A DNA stretch of 20,503 bases from Paraspadella gotoi (taxonomy: Eukaryota; Animalia; Chaetognatha), in NCBI GenBank assembly GCA_051294375.1, contig CM119266.1, positions 18,564,513 through 18,585,015 on the forward strand. Direction: 5' to 3'. The notes under the pieces were generated by a model. The model was not told where the DNA came from and did not search any database. It saw only the letters and a list, made by a program, of their open reading frames with translations. This document shows positions 10,845 through 20,503 of this stretch, piece after piece (the first letter of the stretch is position 1; every line of letters starts with the position of its first letter). Position numbers and translations under genes: made by a program.

Positions 10845-11669
10845 AATTTTCTATTATCAATTGATTAATTGTAAATGCGTCACAAGGATTGGGCTACGAT
10901 ATTGTCCAGCAACTATTCTCTCCAACTTCTTTCAATTCCCTTGACCCATTTACGTGTGATGGGTCCGGTTTAAATGCGTCAGTGATCCGAGTAGATCATT
11001 ATTCACGAAGCAACAGAACCAATTAGTCAATTGACTCACGCATCGGTTTTTTATTGGGAAATATCAGCCTTGCCTTTTAATATGGTCTTCAACAGAAAGT
11101 GTTTTAGAATCTCTTTTGAAAAAAGTAATTATTCAAATTATGACCAGGAAATTTCAATTTTAAAAATTTAAAGCTTTTTAAAAAAAAAAAACTTAAGGGG
11201 CTTGTAAAAACCTCAAGAGCGTTGTACTCTGTTCACGCCTGAATATTATTATATGCACGGTTTTTAAAATAAAATTAAATGGGTCCTTAATACTTATATT
11301 CGCTGCTCTGTCTAACTTCTTCGGTTTTATTTTACCTCAAATTTTATGAACACCGAATTAACAATCACTTTACAATTTTTTTTTTTGCTTGAAATATACC
11401 TGTATTTAAGCACAGGACTACAAATATCTCACTGTGCCGTCAGTCCACAGCGATGTCGTCATACTTAGACATAGATATTTGTAAATGAAAACTCCAAAAT
11501 CCCGGCGCATCTTTGTTCTAACCCACCCTTTCTTTTAAGATTTTTATTTTGACGATTTTTTTTTTTTACTTTTTTGTGTGTTTTCTCTTCTTTTATGCAC
11601 GCCTAAGCTATGTATTTTTTGGTTTATGCACGAAATCTATAGACTTACTAACTGTATGGTGGACTATAA

Positions 11670-11830
11670 TCCACTTAAGCAGGAGGCAAGTATTTCCCTT
11701 CCCAACCCAAAGGTCCGGGGTTCTAGCCCGGTGGTCGCCTAGCAGTTAAGAGTGACGGGGCGCTTAATCCGCCTGTAACACGGTGTTACAGCCTGATCCG
11801 AAGCTCAGGGACTGTTTATATTTAACGGTT
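11670..11830 (+). mobile_element. Possible tRNA-derived SINE fragment
   Basis: GC island with CAACCCAAAGGTCCGGGGTTCTAGCCCGG, resembling a variable loop plus B-box; A-box poor; boundaries approximate. Confidence 0.3.
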
Positions 11831-12537
11831 CTGTCACTAACTCATAACATTTCTGCCTCCTCAACTGTCTTATTAGATTTATATTTTTATTTTAATATGT
11901 TTTCCTGTGGTTTTAGAAATACTACGATATATAATCAACAAAAAAGATATGTATGGATTCGTCTTAATTGTTTAATAAAGCTAACAGAGAATTTCTTTTG
12001 TTTGTTTAGAAAAATAATGTTTTATTAAAGATTTTGAAATCTTCCAATAAGTTATAAGCTTTTCTGTAAGGTCAAGTTATCTATCAACATTAACATTTGT
12101 TAATTAGAAAAGAGAGAGTTGTATGTCATGCCTGCCAAAATTTTTCAAAAACAAATAAGCCAAATATAATTTTAAAATTTTTACTTTGGTTTTGACAATC
12201 GGAATTGCTTCAGCCCACCCAGATGTCACGTGTTGTTATGTTAGGTCAGGAGGTCAATAGGCGGTCTTTTTTTGCAGCTTTGAGTCAAAAGTTTGGCAAT
12301 ATATTTTAGCTCCTCTTCTTTAATATCTAATATCTCTTCTCTCTTTTCTTTTTATCTAATAGCATGCTGATTGATGGAGCATGGCCAAAACGTATCTAAT
12401 TACATGCTGATTGCTGATTGCTGAAGCATGGCCAAAACGTTTCCTTTCTTTTTTTTCTGTTTTTTGTTTAAATAATAAAATAATAATATTTAAAACTTTT
12501 TTATTAGGACTCATAATATATCTTTCTCTCTTCCCAA

Positions 12538-13336
12538 TATATTACGACCCGTCACACCATCGATATCACATCATCTACATCACTTTTCTACATCACTTCA
12601 ATTAAAAAAAAATCTTATTGAAAAACCACAATTTTCTATCCCACAAATTTTTCGACAACAATCACGACCACCAACGATCCACCTGTACACCCCCCAAAAA
12701 AAAACCCACCAACGCCATTCCCTCTCGCAACCACTAAAAAACCACCCGGTCCACAATCAACGCAATCGCCAAAACTCGGTCGCCCCCTTGCCCCCCCCTT
12801 TCCACCCGCCCAAACTCCCTTCAACCCAGCCAAGCAAACGGACGCCTTCCGCCCCGCCCGCGAGACATTCCAATCCAAACTTCCCGTGTCCACGTGGCAT
12901 CATAAGACGCGTCGATGGAATCCGAAGGAGAACGCTTACTTTTACGACGCCGACGAAATCGTCGACGCCAACTTTGTCTCATTTCCGGTCATCGGCGCCC
13001 AACACGACGGACTCTACGGATGCGAATATTGGAACGGGTTGAAGATCGGCGCCGGTGGGGAATCGGCCGACGCCGCAGCTTCTGAGGCTGCGGAGTCGTC
13101 GGCGGAGACTGCGTTCCCCAGCCGAGCGGCGCCGTCGGAACCCTGTCCCTGCAAAGGAAACATTTACGAAACGACTTTTCGAGTTAAAGTGGTGGCGCCG
13201 GAAACGACGACGACGACGACGATGTTGCCACCTCCGGCGCTTCCTCCTCGACACAAATCGGCGACGGCGTCGATAGCGACGACGACGATGACGACGACGA
13301 CGCCGGAAAGACCGACCGACGCCGCCGGGAATCAGG
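12538..13336 (+). CDS. Large exon: degraded second half of one Ig domain, a further Ig-like domain, and a Thr/Pro-rich stalk
   Basis: The 3' part is clean: STWHH (C-strand Trp), NFVSFPVIGAQHDGLYGCEYWNG (D-G-x-Y-x-C motif), YETTFRVKVV (G strand), then Thr runs, ending at phase-1 donor G|GTGAGT (13337). The 5' boundary is inferred from a pyrimidine tract ending TTCCCAA (non-canonical as read); 12538-12800 reads in another frame with two TAA codons and needs a frameshift. Confidence 0.7.
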
Positions 13337-13444
13337 GTGAGTTTTTGATTGAAGGAAATGAACGTTTCCTGAACAACAGTCATGTTCTCTCTTAATTCTC
13401 TCACACTTTGTCATGTCACTCTTTTCTTTCATGGTAGTGTATCC

Positions 13445-13486
13445 CTCTCTCTCTGTCTATCTCTCTCCTCTCTCTCTCTCTCTCTC

Positions 13487-13542
<56 letters not shown>

Positions 13543-13799
13543 CCAGGTGAGCGTGACCTTTCTTCAAGAGTGAACCCGACAAATAAATTTAATTTAATTT
13601 TCTCCGAAAAATCGAACACAAATCTGCCGGAGGAAACATTTTTATTTTTGTTTTGACAAGAAATCCTTTGTTTTGCTCAAGAAAAAAATTGAATTAGAGA
13701 GAGGTCAATGTGTGTGTAGAGGAGTGTGAGAGAGAGAGAGAGAGAGAGATGGGGATGAGGAGAGAAGAAGAGATGAGAGAGAGAGACGAGAGAGAGAGA
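13445..13799. repeat. (CT)n 13445-13540 and (GA)n 13697-13799
   Basis: Read directly from the sequence. Confidence 0.95.
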
Positions 13800-14032
13800 A
13801 TTGTTAGTTGTTCCTGCACAGTGCACACTGCACAGTGCACACGCCTCTCTTGTTAATCAGGCCGCCTCTGCATTGTATTTTGACCAGTCAGTGTCCTTTT
13901 TAACAGTTCATTTCTGACCCAATCATTATCGTCCATCCCGCCCCCATTCGAGAGGTGTATTTTGTATTGTATTTCCACCAATGGGCGCTCTTTCCAATCG
14001 CGTCTCCACCAATCACATCGCCGGTCGCTCAC

Positions 14033-16470
14033 ACAACCAGATCCTCGGCTCCGACCGCCTAAAACGAGAAAAAGCTCATCCGCCTACGACGATGATACTA
14101 ATCTCGTTATAACGAAAGTCTTCCTATCTGACGGATGATGCTAAAAACCTGACATGACCGGCTTGTCAGTTGATGACATTTTTAGACTCCTCCTATCGAT
14201 CATATTCAGATTTTTATAAATGACTTAATATTGAATTACGAAGCACTGAACCCCGAAGATCTTGTTCTGTATGTTTTTGGACCCTCATTAGCTGCCTCAG
14301 TCCGAGGGAGCGGTTAAAAGTGGCTCGATCACGCTTTTTCAAGGATGGGACGGGACGAAATTATCCCGAGACCGTATTGAAAATTCAGCCACTTAAAAAG
14401 ATGCGCGCGGATTCGCTGATTTTCTTAACTAATCAGAGATCAATAAAAATATATACAAATGGCAAAAGGTCGTTCTTTGGCTCAGAGATTTGACAACCGA
14501 CTTAATTAGCACGCGCGTCGCTAACTTTAAATTTTAATCTTGTTTAAACCGGTGTTGTAACTAGATCATTAGACAAATTCATGCTTAAATACATTTTTCG
14601 AAGAAAAAAAAACACTTAAAAATAAAAATATTTTAAATTTAAATTTAAATTTAGAATCTTTTGAATTTCATTCTGAATTTTTTAAGAATCTTAAGGATGC
14701 CTTTCTCGAAATCAATGTTCGCACGAGCTCTTCACTGTTATGACATTCAAACCTTTTTTTTTTTCTCGCCTCTCAAGTTTCAATTACGATATTATTTATG
14801 ATATTTATAATTTTTAACTTGAACGGTTGACGGAAGGAGACGCGTCAATTATGTCAGGAATTTTGTGACAAAATCCGAGATGAGAATTGAGTCTCGGAAC
14901 ATCGAGAATGGATAGATTGGCGGAGATGACAGCAGAACCTGACAGGTCCTGATGGGGGAAATAATTGTTTAATAATTAAATTACATAATAATCAAAGCAT
15001 AGTGAGGAAAAGGAATTTACTTCTTTTATGTTTTTAATACTTGTTTTTTTAAAACGATTTGTAGGATTAAAATGGTAAGAAAAACTTAACTTTGAACTTT
15101 GTTATCTCAGAAATACCCGCCAGATTCCTACATCATATACCGAGCCCAGGTCCGCAGAGATTGTTATTTGTATTAAAGTGAACCTCGAGTTACAGTACCG
15201 AATTGGATTTCACCACACAAACCAATGGGGCGCTTCTTATCCTAATGTAGTTAATAATATTTCTAGAGTATATACGGTAGTTTCTTCTACCGAAGCTAAC
15301 TAACGCTTAGGGAGTTGTTTGTACAAATATACGGAGGAGAATGTTCTCGCTAAAGTTTTTAGAATTCGCCAATTTTCCAATCTCTTTTAACAATGTGTCG
15401 TTCCGAGTCGTATGGTAAACATTAAACCAGTAAATCTTTAGATTTGAAGAAGATTTAAAGGTTTCACAAAGGACTTTTTTAAAGGAAACAACCAGATCCT
15501 CGGTGGCACCGCCTAAAACGAGGAAAAAGCTTCATCTACGACGATGATACTATCTCGTTATAAACGAAAGTCTTCCTATCTGACGGATGAGCTAAACCTG
15601 ACATGACGGGCTGTAGTTGATGACATTTTGTCATCCTGCCATCGATATATTCAAATTTTTAATAATGACTTAATATTGAATTACGAAACTGAACCGAAGA
15701 ATCTTGTTCTGTGTTTTGGACCCTCATTAGCTACCATCCGTAGGGAGGGTTAAAAGTGGCTCGATCCTGCTTTTCAGGATTGGGACGGGACGAATTATCC
15801 GAGACCAGTATTGACAATTCAGCCACTTAAAAAGATGCGCGCGGATTCGCTTTTTTCTTACAATCAGAGATCATAAAATTATACAATGGAAAAGGTCGTT
15901 CTTGCTCAGAAGATTTGAGCACCGACTTATTAGACGCCGCTCGCTAAACTTCGTTTCCTCTTTAAATTTTACTTGATTTAAAACCGGTTTGTAACTAGAT
16001 CATTGAGCAATTCATGTTAAATACATTATTCCGAAAAAAAAAAACATTAAAAAATAAAATTTTTATTTTAAATTTAAATTTTAGAATCTTTGAATTTAAT
16101 TATGATTTTTTTAAGAATCTTAAAGGATGCTTTCTCTAAAATAATGGTTCAGCGAGCTCTTTCACTGTTATGATTCAAACTTTTTTTTTTCTCGCCTTCA
16201 GTTCATTACGATATTATTTAATATATTTAATTTTTTAACTTGAAGGTTGACGGAAGGAGACGCGTCAATTATGTCAGGAATTTTGTACAAATTAGATGGA
16301 GAATGAGTTCTGGACATCGAAAGAGGATAGATTGGCGAGATGAACGAAACCTACGGTCGTGATGGGGAAATTTATTGTTTAATATTAAATTACATATAAT
16401 CAAAAGATCAGTGAGGAAAGGAATTTACTTCTTTTATGTTTTTAATACTTTTTTTTAAAGAACGATTGTA
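14033..16470. repeat. ~1-kb direct duplication (14033-15063 and 15488-16470)
   Basis: Both copies begin ACAACCAGATCCTCGG and stay collinear to GGAATTTACTTCTTTTATGTTTTTAATACTT; differences are mainly 1-2 nt indels. Confidence 0.93.
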
Positions 16471-17999
16471 CGGGAGTGAGGTTTACCTTTTGTGGAGAAA
16501 AGTCAGTTTAATTTTTTGGTCAAAGTTTTGCCCAGTATTAATATTCACATTTCGAAAATTTTTAAAGGCAGTTCGAGAGTTACAAATAGAAAGTGGAAAT
16601 TAGTTTCATGTGATACAAAAAAATGGAAAAGCAAAAGTTAAAGGGGGAGGTGAAGGGGAATAAAGGGGAAGGAAGGGAAGGGGAAAGGGGGAAAGGGGGA
16701 AAGGTGGGGGAAGGGGGGCTCTCGGCTCAGGGGTCGNNNNNNNNNNNNNNNNNNNNNNNNNGCGCAAATCAGGGGAACGCAAATCTATTTACTCGAGACA
16801 TTCTTGGGTAAATTTTTAATTAAAGAAACATTAGAGGCTAATTGGCGGAATTAACTTAAGAGGGAGAAATTGAGACAAAAGCCAGAATGGGGCATCACGT
16901 AAAGACTATGAATTTTTATGAGGTTGTGAAAATGTGAATAGTGGATGAAACGAAAAAAAAAATCGTGGGGAAATCGTTGAAATAATGAAATTGATCACAG
17001 AAATGAAAAAAAGGTATTAAAAATAAATAACTAGGTAAACCCGGATTAAATCTGATAAATTAAATTAATCAATAGGAGGGGGAGACCAACTCAATGGGGT
17101 GAGTCAAAAATTTATAGTGAGTACATCCTCAAACAAAAATTTGTACATTTTTAAGTATACTTTTAATGGACAAAAAATTTCTTATATGGCTCTATAATTT
17201 TTTAATATTTATTTATAGATAGATAAAATTTTCTCTATTTTTAATTAGGCTAGTACCCTCAGAACAAAAAAATTTTAACAAAAAATATTTTAAAACCATA
17301 ATCTATGCTTATGATAGATTATTTTAACGCTGTATACAGTAGCATTGTAAAGAAGAAAGCGAAAAAGAAAAAGAAAAATAAAAATAAAGGAAAAGGAGAA
17401 AAGCAAGAGTCAGAAGGAGATACAGATACAAAAAAAGATATCACCGGCTTTTGCTTTTATTTACCAAAATTATAAAAATATTTTACAAAGATTAGTCAGA
17501 GATGATTTTTTAAGAAAATAATGATTTATCTGTTAGTCTATTGCTCTCTTTTCTATTATTTTGTACGGTCCAAAGTCTGAATAGTATTTAACAAAAATAA
17601 TATACGTTAATATTGATAAAATAAGCCTCAAAATCAAAAGGTCAAAAAATGAAAAAGAAATTATATAAAATTATAAATACATGACATATCGCAGCCTGCA
17701 AATTTGTGTGTTTTCTAATAGACTGTCTTCCTAATCCCCCAATTTACGAGAAAAACGAGTGAAATATTTAATTTTTATTTCCTAATATTTTTTTTTGCGA
17801 CAACTAAAGGTTCATAAATAAGGGGAAAGAATTAGTGGTTAAAAGATGGGAGGGAACATCTGCTAATCAACGAATAACTTTAAAATTTAAACGCTGTTCT
17901 CCAAATCAGGGGCGAGTCGCTTATCTTAATTTCCAGAGGACAGACCCTCCGCGCACTTTTTGCCTTACCCTCAACGAACTTACCTTTTACTGGCTGCGT

Positions 18000-18436
18000 T
18001 TGTCATTTTTTCCTCCGCTTCCTCCCCCTCTCCTGCTTCAACCTCTTCCCTTTCCTTCCCCTTCTCCTCTCCTCCTGCTTCACCTCTTCCCTTTCCTTCC
18101 CTTCTTCTCCTCACTCCCTGGCTTCAACCTCTTTCCCTTTCCTCCCCTTCTCCTCCTGCCTTTCAGCAACCTCTTTTCCTTTTCTCCCCTTCTCTCCCCC
18201 CTCCCTTCCACTGCTCACCTCTTCCCTTTCCTCCCTTCTCCCCCCGCCCTCCTACCCGCTGCTTCACCTCTTTCTTTCCATCCCTTCTCCCCCCTCGGCT
18301 TCCTCTTCACGCTCTTTCGCTTTCCCCCCTTCTCCCTCCCCCTCCTCACTGCTTCAACTACCTCTTTCCCTCCTTTCTCGCCTTCTCCCTCCTCCTCCTC
18401 CTGCTTCACCTCTTTCCTTTCCTCCCATTCTCCTTT
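18000..18436. repeat. Degenerate pyrimidine-rich minisatellite, ~45-bp period
   Basis: Core CTGCTTCA(A)CCTCTT(T)CCCTTTCC recurs near 18033, 18075, 18119, 18211, 18259, 18349 and 18401. Confidence 0.85.
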
Positions 18437-18463
18437 GATATAGAGAATTAGCTCATGTATTAT

Positions 18464-18505
18464 GTCTCTTCGGAGGCGTGGGTTCGAATCCAAAAGTTGC
18501 CACCA
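18464..18505 (+). pseudogene. 3' half of a tRNA-Leu with encoded CCA
   Basis: GTCTCTTCGGAGGCGTGGGTTCGAATCC matches the variable arm and T-arm/B-box of eukaryotic tRNA-Leu(NAG), followed by AAAAGTTGCCA-CCA. The D-arm, anticodon arm and 5' acceptor strand are absent. Confidence 0.8.
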
Positions 18506-19156
18506 CATTTAAATAAGTAGACAGGGATTTCAACATGAAAGCAAAGTGGATTTTATTTCAATGTATGAACAAGCGCAAGACGGTGTCAGGAATTGAGACA
18601 AAATGAATCATTACAAAAATGATCAGTATATATACAGAGTCATCTGATCATCGACACGTTCTGGTTTTCCCGATGGGATGAAGCCCATCTTGTGATTTTT
18701 TGGTTCCGATTCCATCTGCAATGATGTAATAATGTAAATGATTTCAAGTTTGATCAGTGATCACTGACAAAAATTTTTTTTAAATTTCTTTTTTTTTNNN
18801 NNNNNNNNNNNNNNNNNNNNNNNNNNNNNNNNNNNNNNNNNNNNNNNNNNNNNNNNNNNNNNNNNNNNNNNNNNNNNNNNNNNNNNNNNNNNNNNNNNNN
18901 NNNNNNNNNNNNNNNNNNNNNATATTTCATTACTCAGAATATTTTTTACCTGCGCGCTTTTTTAACTTTTGTAGATGTCTGCCATTTTGGTCCGCCTCAT
19001 ATTGCCCTTTCCAAGTTATTTTTTATTTGTAACACTAATTCATCATTGAGACAAATTCAACTAAAGGCTTTTAACGGTTTAAGTTAAAAAAATTTAGTTC
19101 AAGAATAATAAACGTTTTGGTCTATTGCCTATTTATGAGGAACGTGACAGGATTCA

Positions 19157-19192
<36 letters not shown>

Positions 19193-19395
19193 AAGAAGAG
19201 ATTTTTAACTTATTTGTTTATATCGAAGTCACGTCTTCTTACGTAACTAGCTTGGTAAGCTGAAAAAAACTGAACCTAAATTAAAACTAACTCTATTAAA
19301 CTATATAAAACTAAACTAAACGCTAAAGTAACTCAAACTAAGTAATTAACTAAAAGCAAAAAACTGACCTGACGCATCTTATCCATATTTTTTAG

Positions 19396-19640
19396 TGCCC
19401 ACGGCGCTTTATTCGCCGAAATATCTCAGCCTTCTGATGTGATGCATTTCTAATGCCTCCATCTTTGTGATGTAGACGCACTCGTATCTCAATACGCGTA
19501 TCTAACCTCTATATCTTATACTGCTCGCCTATCAGTAACCGCTATCACACACTTCTGCGCTCCACCCAAAATCCACAAAAATCCCACTTCTGTAATCATC
19601 GCCCTCCGGGCGATTCCGTCGGGAGGTGGCGCATCCTCGG
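19396..19640 (+). CDS. Candidate Ig exon: E-F-G strands plus the start of the next domain, with one in-frame TAA
   Basis: Acceptor TTTTTTAG at 19395. Frame from 19397: AHGALFAEISQPSDVMHF*CLHLCDVDALVSQYAYLTSISYTARLSVTAITHFCAPPKIHKNPTSVII. G-x-L...D-x-x-x-F-x-C has I-set spacing, followed by TARLSV and PPKIxxxPxSV. The conserved Gly is missing and the donor is unclear. Confidence 0.4.
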
Positions 19641-19645
19641 TCGGG

Positions 19646-20403
19646 GAGAGGAGAGAGAGAGAAAGAGAGAGAGAAGAGAGAGCAGAGAGAAGAGAGAGAG
19701 AGAGAGACGAGCGGAGAGAGATTCTTAACACCTAGCTTCAGATCGAAGAATAACAACAGTCGGTGGTAAGCGCATTTTTTTTTAACGGGGCAGCCTTAGG
19801 TCGCGCCACGGATTCGATTTTGGGTACTCCCCTTTTTCTTCTTCTTTTTTTTTCAAACGTTTCTTTTTACTACTTTTCTTTAAGTGTAGTTCTCGAACCT
19901 TTCAGATCCTTGAAAATGGTTTTCATTATCTCTCTGTCGCTCTCTCAGTCGTCTTCTCTCTCGTCTCTCTCCTCTGATCTCCCTTCACTCGCTCTCCTCT
20001 CGTCTCGTCTATCCTGGCTCTGCATCTCTCTCTCTTATCTCGTCTCATCTTCGTCTCTCTCATCAATCTCTGCTCTGTCCTGTTAAGCAGTAGAGGGTCC
20101 CCGGCTTTAAATTTTTTTTTAGATAGAGCTAAAAATAATGTTAATTGTGTCTTTTTTTTACGCTTGAAACAGTTTCTTGTCTTCTCTTAAAGATGTGCGT
20201 AAGAGAAATCTACTCGGGTCAATTTTGAGAGACGAGAGAGAGAAGACGTGAGTAGACGTAGAGAGAGAGAGAGAAAGGGAATGTTATACGCGTCTTTAAG
20301 CGCCAAGGGATTATTTACGCGGACCTAAGAACAGGCATGCTGTTTCCCTTCGGCATCAAATGAGAGAGAGAGAGCAGAAGAGAAGAGAAGAGAGAGAGAG
20401 AGA

Positions 20404-20440
<37 letters not shown>
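19646..20440. repeat. Degenerate (GA)n/(CT)n cluster
   Basis: GA at 19646-19721, CT-rich at ~19930-20070, GA at ~20227-20280 and 20362-20440. Confidence 0.9.
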
Positions 20441-20441
<1 letters not shown>

Positions 20442-20503
20442 CTCGCGGCATCACATACGTTTGCGTTTTGTCACATTTACAGTAAGAGCCCATGATTTTC
20501 TCA

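Noticed and set aside
10871-11080. Coding-like stretch (NASQGLGYDIVQQLF...) as a missing Ig exon
   Set aside because: No Ig motif, no clear splice sites, internal stop.
12362-12440. Short tandem duplication ending AGCATGGCCAAAACGT
   Set aside because: Two copies only; ordinary local duplication.
11430-13837. Outward-facing heptamers (CACTGTG 11430, CACAGTG 13817) around the Ig exon as a V(D)J-like segment
   Set aside because: No nonamers at 12 or 23 nt, and both lie hundreds of bases from the exon borders.
17095-17340. Tc1/mariner-like end (GGGTGAGTCAAAAA)
   Set aside because: No matching inverted end or TA duplication found.
17835-18508. 202-, 163- and 97-aa ORFs
   Set aside because: Open only because the low-complexity minisatellite lacks stop codons.

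Overview
AT-rich eukaryotic (probably invertebrate animal) draft scaffold with five N-gaps, dense (CT)n/(GA)n and trinucleotide microsatellites, and stretches of apparently error-prone sequence. Most ORFs in the supplied track are microsatellite artefacts. The main gene is a spliced + strand immunoglobulin-superfamily gene with Thr-rich linkers and long loops; candidate exons are 9351-9765, 10075-10228, ~12538-13336 and ~19396-19640, with weaker upstream candidates at 4580 and 5258. The cleanest structural signal is an 890-bp non-coding element (6065-6954) with exact RSS heptamer ends (CACAGTG...CACTGTG), bipartite 35-bp TIRs and a perfect 5-bp target duplication (CCCTG), i.e. a Transib/RAG-like non-autonomous transposon upstream of or inside the Ig gene. 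Also present: a CCA-terminated 3' half of tRNA-Leu, a dispersed repeat family, minisatellites, and local duplications that are probably partly assembly artefacts.
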